Source of the DNA: the human T2T-CHM13v2.0 reference genome, Homo sapiens
Assembly (NCBI RefSeq): GCF_009914755.1
Contig: NC_060932.1
Reading direction: 5' to 3' (one strand)
DNA: 64,000 nt
The notes under the pieces are model-generated. The model was not told where the DNA came from and made no database searches. It saw only the letters and a list, made by a program, of their open reading frames with translations. A program made the translations under genes and the position numbers. Shown piece by piece: positions 1 through 16,799 of this stretch (position 1 is its first letter; each line of letters starts with the position of its first letter).

Positions 1-1351
1 ACTGAGGCTTGTGCATTCGTCACGTAGTTCTCGTGCTGTGGTTTTCAGCTCCATGAGGTCCTTTAAGGACTTCTCTGCATTGGTTATTCTAGTTAGCCAT
101 TTGTCTCGTTTTTTTCCAAGATTTTTAACTTCTTTGCCATGGGTTCGAAGTTCCTCCTTTAGCTCGGAGTAGTTTGATCGTCTGAAGCCTTCTTCTCTCA
201 ACTCGTCAAAGTCACTCTCCGTCCAGCTTTGTTCCGTTGCTGGTGAGGAGCTGTGTTCCTTTGGAGGAGGAGAGGCACTCTGATTTTTAGAGTTTCCAGT
301 TTTTCTGCTCTGTTTTTTCCCCATCTTTGTAGTTTTATGTACCTTTGGTCTTTGATGATGGTGACGTACAGATGGGGTTTTGGTGTGCATGTCCTTTGTG
401 TTTGTTAGTTTTCCTTCTAACAGTCAGGACCCTCAGCTGCAGGTCTGTTGGAGTTTGGTGGAGGTCCACTCCAGACCTTGTTTGCCTGGGTATCAGCAGC
501 GGAGGCTGCAGAACAGCCAATATTGGTTTATACCAAATGTTGCTGCCTGATCATTCCTCTGGAAGTTTTTGTCTCAGAGGAGTACCTGGCCATGTGAGGT
601 GTCAGTCTGCCCCTACTGGGGGGTCCCTCCCAGTTAGGCTACTCGAGGGTCAGGGACCCACTTGAGGAGGCAGTGTGTCCGTTCTCAGATCTCCAGCTGC
701 ATGCTGGGAGAACCACTACTCTCTTCAAAGCTGTCAGACAGGTACATTTAATTCTGCAGAGATTTCTGCTGCGTTTTGTTTGGTTATGCCCTGCCCCCAG
801 AGGTGAGTCTACAGAGGCAGGCAGGCCTCCTTGAGCTGTGGTGCGCTCCACCCAGTTCCAGCTTCCCTGTGGCTTTGTTTACCTACTCAAGCCTTGGCAA
901 TGGTGGCTGCCCCTCCCGCAGCCTGGCTGCTGCCTTGCAGTTTGATCTCAGACTGCTGTGCTAGCAATGAGCGAGGCTCCGTGGGCGTAGGACTCTCCGA
1001 ACCAGTTGTGGGATATAATCTCCTGGTGTGCCATTTGCTAAGACCGTTAGAAAAGCGCAGTATTAGGGTTGGAGTGACCCGATTTTCCAGGTGCTGTCTG
1101 TCACTCCTTTCTGTGACTAGGAAAGGGAATTCCATGACCCCTTGCACTTCCCGGGTGAGGTGATGCCTCGCCCTGCTTCGGCTTACGCTGGGTGCACTGC
1201 ACCCAGTGTGCTGCACCCTCTGTCCAACACTCCCCAGTGAGATGAACCCAATACCTCAGTTGGAAATGCAGAAATCACCCGTCTTCTGCGTCACTCACGC
1301 TGGGAGCTGTAGACTGGAGCTGTTCCTGTTTGGCCATCTTGGCTCCACCCC
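1..1351 (-). mobile_element. L1PA4/5-type LINE-1 5' end (full 5'UTR plus first 324 nt of ORF1); continues beyond the left edge
   Basis: Minus strand begins GGGGTGGAGCCAAGATGGCC at 1351. ORF1 ATG at 324 (MGKKQSRKTGNSKNQSAS...), open to the window edge. The ~129-bp 5'UTR segment absent from L1PA2/L1HS is present at ~450-578. Confidence 0.95.
900..1163 (+). CDS. L1 antisense ORF0 homologue, open, 87 aa; expression unknown
   Basis: ATG at 900 gives MVAAPPAAWLLPCSLISDCCASNERGSVGVG..., which matches the primate L1 ORF0 peptide (MAGAPPPASLPPCSLISDCCASN...). Confidence 0.45.
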   Translation: MVAAPPAAWLLPCSLISDCCASNERGSVGVGLSEPVVGYNLLVCHLLRPLEKRSIRVGVTRFSRCCLSLLSVTRKGNSMTPCTSRVR

Positions 1352-1558
1352 TTTCCATATCTATTCAGGTGATCATATGGATTTTGTCTTCCATTCTATT
1401 AACGTGGTGTATCACATTTATTTATTTGCATATGTTGAACCATCTTTGCATCCCAAGGGTAAATCCCACTTGATCATGTGAATGATCCTTTTAATGTGCT
1501 GTTGAATTCAGTTTATTAGTATATTGGTGATTTTTGCATCCTTGTTCATCAAAGATGA
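1352..1558 (-). mobile_element. Older L1 (L1M/L1PB) ORF2 fragment
   Basis: Diverged antisense ORF2 RT-region sequence (ttgcatcccaagggtaaatcccacttgatcatg). Confidence 0.75.
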
Positions 1559-1562
1559 CATG

Positions 1563-1735
1563 GTAGCTTGGATTACAGGCGCCCGTCACCATGCCCAACT
1601 AATTTTTGTATTTTTAGTAGAGACAGGGTTTCACCGTATTGGCCAGGCTGGTCTTGAACTCCTGACCTCAGTTGATCCACCCACCTCGGCCTCCCAAAGT
1701 GCTGAGATTACAGGTGTGAGCCACTGCACCTGGCC
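1563..1735 (-). mobile_element. AluS fragment (left arm and linker; 3' part missing)
   Basis: Antisense Alu from gtagcttggattacagg to cctggcc, with no poly-T tail. Confidence 0.9.
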
Positions 1736-1945
1736 TGCGGTATTTTCTTTTAGGACATTTAACAGATGTATTTGATTACTGATAAGACTTTCCATATTAA
1801 GTTGATAGTACTTTTTATTCTTGTCTGGGTTTTTATAATTTATTTTATTGGTATCTTCCAAGAAGCATTTGCTATGGTTTGAATGTCCTCTCCAAAACTC
1901 TTGTTGAAATTTAATTACCATGGTGACAGTATTAAAATAGGGGAC

Positions 1946-2550
1946 TAATATAGTTTGAGTCTGTGTCCCCGCCCAAATCTCATGTTGAATTGTAATTTCC
2001 ATTGTTGGAAATGGGGCCTGGTGGAAGGTGACTGGATTATGGGAGTGGATTTCTCATGAATGGTTTAGCACCAAAACCCTTGGTACTGTCCTCACAATAG
2101 TGAGTGAGTTCTTATGTGAGCTGATAATTTAAAAGTGTGTAGTGGTCAGGCACTGTGTCTCCTGCCTGTAACCCCAGCACTTTGGGAGGCCAAGATGGGA
2201 GGATCAGTTGAGCCCAGGAGTTTGAGACCGACCTGGCCAACATAGCAAGACCTCGTCTCTATTAAAAAAAATTAAAATAAATAAATACGTAAAAGTGTGT
2301 AGTACTGCCCACTTTGCTCTCTTGCTTTCACCATGTGAAGTGTCTGCTTCCTCCTCCCCCTGCTTTCACCATGTGAAGTGCCTGCACCCACTTTGCCTCC
2401 CACCATGAGTGAAAGCTCCCTGAGGTGTCCCCAGAAGCATATGCCACCATTCTTCCTGTACAGCCTGCAGAACTGTGAGCCAGTTAAACCTCGTCTTTTA
2501 TAAATTACCCAGTCTCAGGTATATCTTTATACCAATGTGAGAATGGTATA
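1946..2550 (+). mobile_element. MaLR solo LTR (MSTA/MSTB-like), nested
   Basis: ctgtgtccccgcccaaatctcatgttgaattgtaat ... aaattacccagtctcaggtat. Confidence 0.8.
2144..2289 (+). mobile_element. FLAM / Alu left monomer with 14-bp TSD
   Basis: Monomeric Alu with A-tail; TSD taaaagtgtgtagt at 2130-2143 and 2290-2303. Confidence 0.9.
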
Positions 2551-3899
2551 CATTAAAAGAATGGTATATATTAAAAGAACCTTTTAATGGTTCCTGTATT
2601 AGGATTAGGCCATGAGGGCCTTGCCCTCATGAATAGATTAATATCATTATCACAGTAGTGGGTTTGTTACCACAAGAATGTGTTGTTATAAAAATTTTCT
2701 GTCCCTTGCTCTCACCCTCACTTGTCGTTCTGCTTTCTGCCATGGGAAGGTGTAGGACAAAGGTCCTCACCAGGAGCCAGCACCTTGATATTGGAATTTT
2801 CAGCCTCCATAACTATGAGAAATAAACTTCTTTTCTTTGTAAGTTACCTATCTTGTGGTATTCTGTTAAAGCAAAGCAAAGTGGACTAAGACACCATACC
2901 TACAGAGGGCAGCAGAGACATAGCAGTGAATTCTCATAACCTAATTTTTCAGGAAGTGTGAAGGAAATTGGATTTAGGTGAACTTTGTTATGTCATTCTT
3001 ATATACTTTATGTAGTGACTCCTATGCAAATACAGGCTAATAGACATAATCAATGTAAAGTAATGTGAGTGAGACTCAGGCACATTTGTGAGAAGGTAAA
3101 CAACAAGCTGGCTGGCACAGATAAGAGATCTGAAAGTAGTTCATGTAGTTTTAAAGGAAAAGTAAATGTGGCTTTCAAATTTGAAATACGGATTCATTTT
3201 TATGAAACAGATATTTTGTTTGTATTCTTATCAGTAAGGGTAGAAAAAATGATTCAGTAACTCATAGAAGATGGAATTACGGAAAAGTTTAAAAAAACAG
3301 GAATAAACAAAATTTTGTACTACATGGGAGTGTATTATAATCTTGCAGAAAGTGATCTGACAAACCTTTAAAAACATTTCTAAATTTAATGTGCATATGT
3401 ATAATTTTCTGTATTTTTACTTATTTATATAAATTTTTGAAAATCAGTTTTGCTTTTAATCGGTTTTAATAGTGAGTTAGAATAAAATGATATGACTAGA
3501 TGTGTACTAATTGTTAATGCCTAAGAACTGCCCATTGTTTTCATCTTTTTTCCCAATGTTTTACATTTTAAAATACACATAACATAAAATTTACTATTTT
3601 GACCATTTTAAAATGTGCAATTCAGTGGTATTGAGTATCTTCATAATGTTGTGTAACTACCATCACCACCTTCTATCTCCAGAACTCTTTTCATCTTGTA
3701 AAATTGAAATTCTGTACTCATTAAACAGTAACTCCTCCTTCTGTCTTTCCCTAGCTCCTGGCAACCACCATTCTACTTTGTGTATGATTTTGACTACTGT
3801 AATTACCTCATATGAATAGAATCATACAGTATTTGTTTTTCTGTGACTGGTTTATTTCACTTAGCATAATATCCTTAAGGTTAATCCATGTTGTTAGAA

Positions 3900-4215
<316 letters not shown>

Positions 4216-4974
4216 TAAAGGCTGAATAATATTCCATTGTATGTTTATACCACATTTTTTACTTAATTTGTGACCTAACATATGGTCTATCCTGGAAAAT
4301 GTTCTATATTCACTTGAGAAGAATATGTATGCTATTGTTGGGTACAGTGTTGTGTATATGTCTGTCAGATCTAGTTGGTTATTGTCTGAGGTCCTCTGTT
4401 TCCTTACTTATCTTCGATCTGGTTATTCTATCCACTATTGAAAGTAGGGTATTGATTTAATCATCTGTTATTTAGAAAGGTCTGTTTCTCCCTTCAGTTG
4501 TCTGTTTTTCCTTCATGTATTTTTGAGGTCTTTTAATTGGTGCATAAATGTTTATAATTTTTGTCTTCTTGTTGTATCAAATCATGTATTCATATATAAT
4601 GTCCTTTGTCTCTTGTAACCTTTTTTGATTTAGACTGTTTTCTCTGTTGTTAGTATAGCCACCTCTACTCTGTTCTGGTTAGTATTTGCATGGAATATCT
4701 TTTTCTGTCTTTTAATTTTCAAACTGTGTCTGTCAGTCTAAAGTAAGTCTAGTATAGGCAACATATGGTTGAATCCTCCTCCATTCTGTCAATCTCTGTC
4801 TTTTGATTGGAGAGTTTAATCCATTTGAATTTAAATTATTTGTACAGAAGGATTTCTGTCATTTTGTTGTTTGTTGTTTACATAACTTACTGCTTTTTGT
4901 GGGGGCCCTCATTTCCTGCATTACTGTCTTCTTTTGTGTTTACTTGATTTTTTTCATGAAATGTTTAAATTCCT

Positions 4975-5598
<624 letters not shown>

Positions 5599-5633
5599 TA
5601 GTACTTTGAACAACTTTAAAACAGTTGTCATAA

Positions 5634-6122
<489 letters not shown>

Positions 6123-7516
6123 TGCTGTTTTTTTTTTTTTTTTCTAATGTTACTGTTTTTGTTTATTTTTATTGTTTGAGGCTTGTCTGTATGTGAAGGA
6201 TCAGCCTGAGGTGTAAGCTTAAGATTCTCTGAGTCTTTTCTAAGCCTGAGTTTTTCTCCAGGAATGTGCAGGAAGTTTCTAATTTTTCCCTTATATACAG
6301 TTGCTTTCAAATGCCGTAGTCTTTAACATCTGACTCCCAAAAGGGAAAAAGAGAAAAACTAAATCCTTTAAATCCCCAGCAGTTACTTTGTGGGTGGGGG
6401 TGGGGATGGGGGTGGGAGAGGGCTTGTAACAGTGAGTGGAGATGAAGCAACAATGTGTGTCCACCTCTTTGTCCCATTTCTGTGATCAGAAGTAGCATTC
6501 AGTGATCAGGGCACACATGCCCTATATTTGGAAGAGAGGGTCCTTTTTGCCTGTCCTTGGTTCCTGTAAGCTGCGCGCAAGCTGCTCCTTGGAATGCATG
6601 CACAACTGCCTGCCTTGGGGCTGAGGGTGGCAAATGGATAGCTGCTACTGTGCTAGTGCTAATACCTGCAAGTGATTAAAATTATATTCAGGCCTTCCCC
6701 TGGACATTAACAAGCCTTCAGTAGATTCCAGAGTTTCAAAATAGTTAAATAGAACAGATTCTGCCAGTGCAATGATCTTCTAGGTGGAGCAACACATGCG
6801 TGGTGCTTCCTACTCCACCATCTTCCCAGAATCCTCTGATTGCGTATAAGTTACCTATAGTTGAAAGAGTTTAATTCTGATCATCATACATTTTAGAAAC
6901 CTCTCATATATGTTTATATAAAAACTGATAAAATTTAGTGCTTGTAAAGGGAAATCTGGAGTTCTTAGTCAAGCTTTTTGTATGATTATATTTTAAAGAT
7001 TTAATTATAGAAACATTGTACTGAAGTCTATATTCCAGTGTGTTCTTATGGTAAAAAGAAAAGGTTGGAGATTTTATTGAGGAGTCTGTATTTTTTTACT
7101 GTTATTTTATATTATAACTCATGTATTATATACTGTATCTGTTCATTATCTTAGTATAGCATTTTCGGGCTTTTATTCTCTTTATGAAAGTGAGTAACTG
7201 TAGGTACCAATATCAATTGTTGCATCTGTGCCAGAAATTATATTTTATCTTTTCATCATCTCCCTTCTTGTATAGCTGAACTTTAGCTTAAAAGATGCCA
7301 GGACAAGGAGTTTGTCAGATTGTTCCTTTTCTTTGCATGAACCTTCTTCCCCTTTCAGTATCACTGGGTCATCTTATTTCCCTTCATTCCCCTCTTTCTT
7401 CTCCATCTTTTCATTTCCCAAATACTTCTGTTTTCTGATATAAGAAGGACTATAACAGAAAATGATTGCTTTAGGAAATATTGTTACAACTGTGTAATGT
7501 TAAAAAGTAGTAAGTT

Positions 7517-7799
7517 GGCCAGGCACAGTGGCTCACGCCTGTAATCCCAGCACTTTGGGAGGCTGAAGTGGGCGGATCACGAGGTCAGGAGGTCAAGACC
7601 ATTCTGGCTAACACAGTGAAACCCTGTCTCTAAAGAATACCAAAAAAAATTAGCCGGACATGGTGGCGGGCGCCTGTAGTCCCAGCTACTCAGGAGGCTG
7701 AGGCAGGAGAATGGCGTGAACCCGGGAGGCAGAGCTTGCTGTGAGCCGGGATTGCACCACTGCACTCCAGCCTGGGCGACAGACTCTGTCTCAAAAAAC
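7517..7799 (+). mobile_element. AluY-like
   Basis: ggatcacgaggtcagg and gaatggcgtgaacccggg motifs; TSD aaagtagtaagtt / aaagtaataagtc. Confidence 0.9.
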
Positions 7800-7812
7800 A
7801 AAGTAATAAGTC

Positions 7813-8176
<364 letters not shown>

Positions 8177-9296
8177 TTAATAATTACAGAGGGGCACATG
8201 TCGGACTACCTTTCCTGAAAATAACAATGACAACTTTTGGACAAAATATAAAAAAAGTATGTGAAAGCACAGTAGGAGGACAGAAAGTAGGAAGAAACTG
8301 AAGGATGTTGACATTTGGAAGATAGAATGGTATAAGATGAGCATTTCATTTTTTGTGGATGTTTCCCAGAGGACAGAACTCGGTCATTGGTTGTGTAGGT
8401 GACGGAAGCTTGAATAAAAACCACAAGACAGAGTTAGGGGTGACTCTAGCAGCTAGAAAGTTAGTGAGTATAAAGTAGTCTTTCATAAAGAAGGGTGTCC
8501 CAAATTCTGCATAAAAGTCTTAGGCTAAAATAACTAAAGATATTTCATTTGCACAAGAAAGAGTTCAGAGGTGTATAGCCAACTTACCTACCTATTAAGC
8601 AAAAAAAAACTAAATAGTCTTCAGAAGAACATAATCAAATCCAGAGTTTCTAAAAATGTACTATGCACAGTGTCCAGAATACAATCCATATTCAGTAGAC
8701 ACACACATACACAAACAGAAAAATGTGACCCATACTTAAGTGAAAAGCCAATTAATTGAGACTGGCCTTGATATGACTCCTATGTTAGAATTAGCAGCTG
8801 TTATAACTCTTCTTAAGGTTATATAAAGAAAATATGTACACCATGAATAAACAGATAAGAAACCTCAGCTGAAAAATGGAAACTAGGTAAAAGGACTAAA
8901 TGAAAATTCTATAGGTAAAAAATACAATATTTCAAATGAAAACTGATTAGAGATTACAGAAGATTAGGAAAAGAAAAGGAGTCATTGAAGTTGTTGGATT
9001 CATAGAAGTTATTCTTTCTTAAAAAGTGAAAAAGAGATTTCAAAAAATGAAGCTAGCCTCAGTGGCTGGTAGGACAATATCAAAAGGTCTAACACTTGGA
9101 GTCCTAGAAATAGAGGCCAGGGGAAATTGGGTCAAAAAATTCTGGAGAAATTATGGCTGGAAATTTCCCTAAATTGATAAAAAACATGAATTTACATGTT
9201 GAAGAAGTTCAGTGAATTCCAAACAAGATAAATACAATAAAATAACACTTAAGTACATTATAGTGAAGCTGTTGAAAATAATAGACAAAAAATCCT

Positions 9297-9427
9297 GCCT
9301 AGTTGCAGTGGCTTATGCCTGTAATGCCAACACTTGGGGAGGCCAAAGAGGGGTATTGCTTGAGCTAAGGAGTTTGAGACCAGCCTGGGAAACGAAGTGA
9401 GACTTCATCTCTACAAAAAGAAAAAAA
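9297..9427 (+). mobile_element. FLAM / Alu left monomer
   Basis: Monomer with TSD aaaaaatcct / aaaaaatctt. Confidence 0.85.
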
Positions 9428-9474
9428 TCTTGAAAGCACCCTGAGAAATGCTAATGAATGGTAGCTGACTTCTT

Positions 9475-11587
<2,113 letters not shown>

Positions 11588-12134
11588 TAAACACCTTTAA
11601 AGTACTGGGAAAATAAAAATCAACTCAGAATTCTGTAGCCAAATAAGAAAACATACTTTCTAGCTAAGAAAATCTTTATACTACAAGAAATGTTTAAGGA
11701 GATACTTCAAGCTGAAGGAAAGTGTTACCAGCTGAAACTCAGAACTTCAGGAATGAAGAGCACTGCAATTGGTAAAAATGTAAGTCTTCCCCACTCCATT
11801 AAGAAATATACAGTTGTGACTGTTTAAAGCAGAAATTATAATGTTACAATATGGCATTTATATATGACTGCTGTGTATAAAGGATGAGTCTAGGTTGATG
11901 GAGCTGTGTGCTTACTGTGGTCTTTATTTTATGAAGGGGTAGAATTAGCTTTAAGTACACTGCAAAGTTAAAGATATACATTATAATTCCTAGAACAAAC
12001 ACTGGAAAAGAAAAAAATGCAAAGAGGTGATAACTAAAAAACAAGAGAAGTCAAAATGGAATTCTGAAATGTATTTAGAGAAAATGAAAAAAGGTATAAA
12101 GGAAGGAACAGCAGAATATAAAACAAATGAGATG

Positions 12135-12506
12135 TGTGTCAGTCTGTTCTCATACTGCTAATAAAGACATACTCGAAACTGGGTAATTTATGAAGGAAAG
12201 AGGTTTAATTGACCCAGTTCAGCATGGCTGGGGAGGCCTCAGGAAACTTACAATCATGGAGGAAGGGGAAGCAAACATGTCCTTCACAGGGTGGCAGCAA
12301 GGAACAGAATGAGAGCAAAGTTGGGGGAAAGCCCCTTATAAAACCATCAGATCTCCTTAGAACTCACTCATTATCACGAGAATAGCATGAGGGTAACTGC
12401 TCCATGATGCAGTTACCTCCCACCAGGTCCCTTCCACGACGTGTGAGGATTATGGGAACTACAATTCAAGATGAGATTTGGGTGGAGACACAGCCAAACC
12501 ATATCA
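12135..12506 (-). mobile_element. THE1 solo LTR (THE1C-like)
   Basis: Ends tgtgtcagtctgttctca ... acacagccaaaccatatca; 5-bp TSD agatg/ggatg. Confidence 0.9.
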
Positions 12507-14915
12507 GGATGTAAAGAAAACAAATAGCAAACTTACAAACCTAGGTCAGGTCTATGAATAATTACCTTAATTGAAAATAGATTAAGTGTTTTATTTGAAG
12601 GTAGAGATTCATACATTGGATAGAAAACAAGACTTCCTGTATTCTGTCTACCAGAGATGCATTTTAAAAATAATGACACAGATAGATTGAAAGTAAATGT
12701 ATGAGGAAAGGTGTAGCATGCAAACAGTAAGTATAAGATGGAGTTGTTATATTAATATTAGATAAGTAGACTTCAAGACAGTACTGGAGATAAAGAAGGG
12801 CATTTCATAGTGATAAAACTCATTAGAAATACATAGTAATCATAAATTTGTATATACCTAATAAGATCTACAGTCATAGGTGGAAATTTTAACACTACTC
12901 TGTAACTTATAGAAAACCTAGACAAAAAATCAGTTAGAATATAGAAGATCTGTAAAAATACTTCAGCCACCTTGACCTAACTGACATTTGTAGAATATCA
13001 TGGGCAACTAAAATAGAGTGTACATTCTATTCAAGTACACATGATATGCATACCGAGATAAATAATATATGGGTCCTAAAACATGTCTCACTACATTTCA
13101 AAAGTTTGAAATCCTAAAGAGTATACTCTGTAACTACAGTAGAATTTAAAGTAGAAACCAATAGCAATAAGATATTCAGGAAAAATCTGAATATTTGGAA
13201 GTTAAACAGCACAGTTATCCCTAGTCGATCTATGAATTTAATGTGGTTCAAATCATTTTCTTAGCAGGACTTTTCTCTTTTGGTAGAAATTGACAAGCTG
13301 ATTATAACGTTTATATGAAGATAGAAAGGACCTATGTTATACAAAGCAATCCTGATGATTTACAAGGTGGAAAACTTAAATTTCCTTATTTCAAGATTTA
13401 CTCTAATAATACAGTAATGAAGACTGTGATATCAGCATAAGGATATAAAAGCATATAAATGGAGCAGAACAGATAACTGATAAATTATTTTTAACAAAGA
13501 CAGCTATCCAATGAGGGAAAAGAAAGGCTTTTAAATAAAAAGTGCTGGAACAACTAGACATCTGTATGGATGAAAGTTCACCTTGACTCCCTACCTCACA
13601 TGGTACCCAAAAGATAAATCAAGATGAATCATAGATCTATATGTTGAAGCTAAAGTATAAAGCTTTTAGAATAAACAAAGAACAGGCAAAGGTTTCCTTG
13701 ATAGGATACAGAAAGCAGCAACTGTTTTAAAGAAAACACCTAACACTCTATAAACTTCTTCAAAATAAAAAACTTCTGCTCATTAAGAGACATGAAGAAA
13801 ATAATAGCAAAACCTGTATCTGTAAAGGACTTGTATTAAGACTATGTAAAGAAATTCTACAACTGAACAATGAAAATACAACTTGATTAATTGGAGAAGG
13901 ATTAGTACACACACTTCATAAATGATGCTATATTGAATGGCCAGTGAACACATGAAAATGTTACTAAACATCGTCAATTATTAAGGAAATACAAAAGTAA
14001 ACTGCAAGGAGGTGCTGCTTTACTTGTCCCATTAGCTTAAAGAGTAATACTACCATATATGTAGAGCAATGAGAACTCTTATAAAATTAAGAGTTTTTCT
14101 ACCCTAACCCATGACTTAGCAATTCTACTCCTAGTTATTTACTTAATAGAAAAAGAAAACACATCTACAAGATTTGTTCAAAAGTGTTTATAATAGGCCG
14201 AAACTGGACACAGCTCATATACCCACCAGTTGGAGACTGGATCAACAAATAGGTATAGTCATAAATGGAATACAACTTAGCAATGATAAGGAACACTGTC
14301 TTGGTACATCAACAACATAATGAATTTCAAATACATGGTAGGTGAAAGAAACCTTACACAAAAGAGTACATTCTGTATTCCATTTACATCGAGTTCTAGA
14401 ACAGGCAAAATTGATACATAATGGAAGAAAAAGCAGTGCTGTCTTCGATAGTGGGGTGGGGATTAATTGCGAAAAGTCTTAGAGGAACTTGCTGGGTGAT
14501 AGGAAGTATTTTATTTCTTGTTTGGAGTTTGAGTTCAGTGCTATATGTATATGTTAAAACTTATCAAATGGTGTGTCTTTTATTGTATATAAAACCTACT
14601 GAAAAAAGTAAATACATATTAATAGAAATATACATTGAATTCTTGTTATTGATGTTCATGCTGAGATATAATGGGATGATGTGTACTGTCATCTGCAACT
14701 TTGAAATGCATCGAAAAGTAAGATGGATTGGTGGAGCCAAGATGGCTGAATGGGAACAGCTCCAGTCTAGAGCTCCCAGCTTGAGCGACGTAGAAGACGA
14801 GTGATTTCTGCATTTCCAACTAAGGTACTGGGTTCATCTCACTGGGGAGTGTCGGAAAGTTGGTGCAGGACAGTGGGTACAGTGCACCCAGCGTGAGCCG
14901 AAGCAGGGCGAGGCA

Positions 14916-15179
14916 TCACCTCACCCAGGAAGCGCAAGGGGTCAGGGAATTCCCTTTCCTAGATGGAGAAAGGGATGACAGATGGCACCTGGAAAATTGG
15001 GTCACTCCCACCCTAATACTGCGCTTTTCCAATGGTCTTAGCAGATGGCACACCAGGAGATTGTATCCCACGCCTGGCTCGGAGGGTCCTACACCTGCGG
15101 AGCCTCGCTCATTGCTAGCACAGCAGTCTGAGATCAAACTGCAAGGCAGCAGCGAGGCTGGGGGAGGGGCGCCCACCAT
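14916..15179 (-). CDS. L1 antisense ORF0 homologue, open, 87 aa; expression unknown
   Basis: MVGAPPPASLLPCSLISDCCASNERGSAGVGPSEPGVGY... from the ATG at 15179. Confidence 0.45.
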   Translation of the reverse strand: MVGAPPPASLLPCSLISDCCASNERGSAGVGPSEPGVGYNLLVCHLLRPLEKRSIRVGVTQFSRCHLSSLSPSRKGNSLTPCASWVR

Positions 15180-15746
15180 TGCCAAGGCTTGAGTAGGTAA
15201 ACAAAGCCACAGGGAAGCTGGAACTGGATGGAGCCCACCACAGTTCAAGGAGGCCTGCCTGCCTCTGTAGACTCCACCTCTGGAGGCAGGGAATAACCAA
15301 GCAAAAGGCAGCAGAATCCTCTGTAGACTTAAATGTCTGCAGCTTCGAAGAGAGTAGTGGTTCTCCCAGCACGCAGCTGGAGGTCTGAGAACAGAAAGAC
15401 TGCCTCCTCAAGTGGGTCCCTGACCCCCCCGAGTAGCTTAACTGGGAGGCACCCCCTAGTAGGGGCAGACTAACACCTCACATGGCCGGGTACTCCTCTG
15501 AGACAAAACTTCCAGAGGAACAATCAGGCAGCAACATTTCCTGCTCACCGGTATCCGCTGTTCTGCAGCCTCCACTGCTGATACTCAGGGAAACAGGGTG
15601 TGGAGTGGACCTCCAGCAAACTCCAGCAGACCTGCAACTGAGGGTCCTGACTGTTAGAAGGAAAACTAACAGAAAGGATATCCACTCCAAAACCCCATCT
15701 GTACGTCACTATCATCAAAGACCCAAAGGTAGATAAAACCACAAAG

Positions 15747-16799
15747 ATGGAGAAAAAACAGAGCAGAAAAACTGGAAACTCTAAAAATCAGAGTGCCTCT
15801 CCTCCTCCAAAGGAACACAGCTCCTCACCAGCAACGGAACAAAGCTGGACGGAGAGTGACTTTGACGAGTTGAGAGAAGAAGGCTTCAGACGATCAAACT
15901 ACTCCGAGCTAAAGGAGGAAGTTCGAACCCATGGCAAAGAAGTTAAAAACCTTGGAAAAAAACGAGACAAATGGCTAACTAGAATAACCAATGCAGAGAA
16001 GTCCTTAAAGGACCTCATGGAGCTGAAAACCACAGCATGAGAACTACGTGACGAATGCACAAGCCTCAGTAGCCGATTCGATCAACTGGAAGAAAGGGTA
16101 TCAGTGATGGAAGATGAAATGAATGAAATGAAGTGAGAAGAGAAGTTTAGAGAAAAAAGAATTAAAAGAAACGAACAAAGCCTCCAAGAAATATAGGACT
16201 ATGTGAAAAGACCAAATCTACGTCTCATTGGTGTACCTGAAAGTGACAGGGAGAATGGAACCAAGTTGGAAAACACTCTGCAGGATATTATCCAGGAGAA
16301 CTTCCCCAATCTAGCAAGGCAGGCCAACATTCAAATTCAGGAAATACAGAGAACGCCACAAAGATACTCGTCGAGAAGAGCAACTCCAAGACACATAATT
16401 CTCAGATTCACCAAAGTTGAAATGAAGGAAAAAATGTTAAGGGCAGCCAGAGAGAAAGGTCGGGTTACCCACAAAGGGAAGCCCATCAGACTAACAGCGG
16501 ATCTCTCGGCAGAAACTCTACAAGCCAGAAGAGAGTGGGGGCCAATATTCAACATTCTTAAAGACAAGAATTTTCAACCCAGAATTTCATATCCAGCCAA
16601 ACTAAGCTTCATGAGTGAAGGAGAAATAAAATCCTTTACAGATAAGCAAATGCTGAGAGATTTGGTCACCACCAGGCCTGCCCTAAAAGAGCTCCTGAAG
16701 GAAGCACTGAACATGGAAAGGAACAACCAGTACCAGCCACTGCAAAAACATGCCAAACTGCAAAGACCATCAAGGCTAGGAAGAAACTGCATCAACTAA
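15747..16799 (+). pseudogene. L1 ORF1p, disrupted
   Basis: MEKKQSRK...; premature TGA at 16038-16040 and ~16134 (both CGA>TGA); the normal stop is mutated to CAA at 16761. Confidence 0.93.

Larger units (their letters stand above)
1870..2893 (+). mobile_element. MaLR solo LTR (MSTC/MSTD-like), interrupted by a second MST LTR
   Basis: Starts tgctatggtttgaatgt, resumes ~2600 at gattaggccatgagggc, and ends ggactaagaca. Confidence 0.75.

Noticed and set aside
6392-6423. G-quadruplex-like G-runs, also on the minus strand at ~22076-22100
   Set aside because: Low-complexity simple repeats with no supporting context.
7240-7330. Polypyrimidine tract plus AG (ctcccttcttgtatag) as a possible host exon
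   Set aside because: No convincing donor site or recognisable reading frame follows.
14421-14804. 127-aa hydrophobic ORF
   Set aside because: It is L1M 3'UTR running into the L1PA 5' end; the hydrophobicity reflects T-richness.
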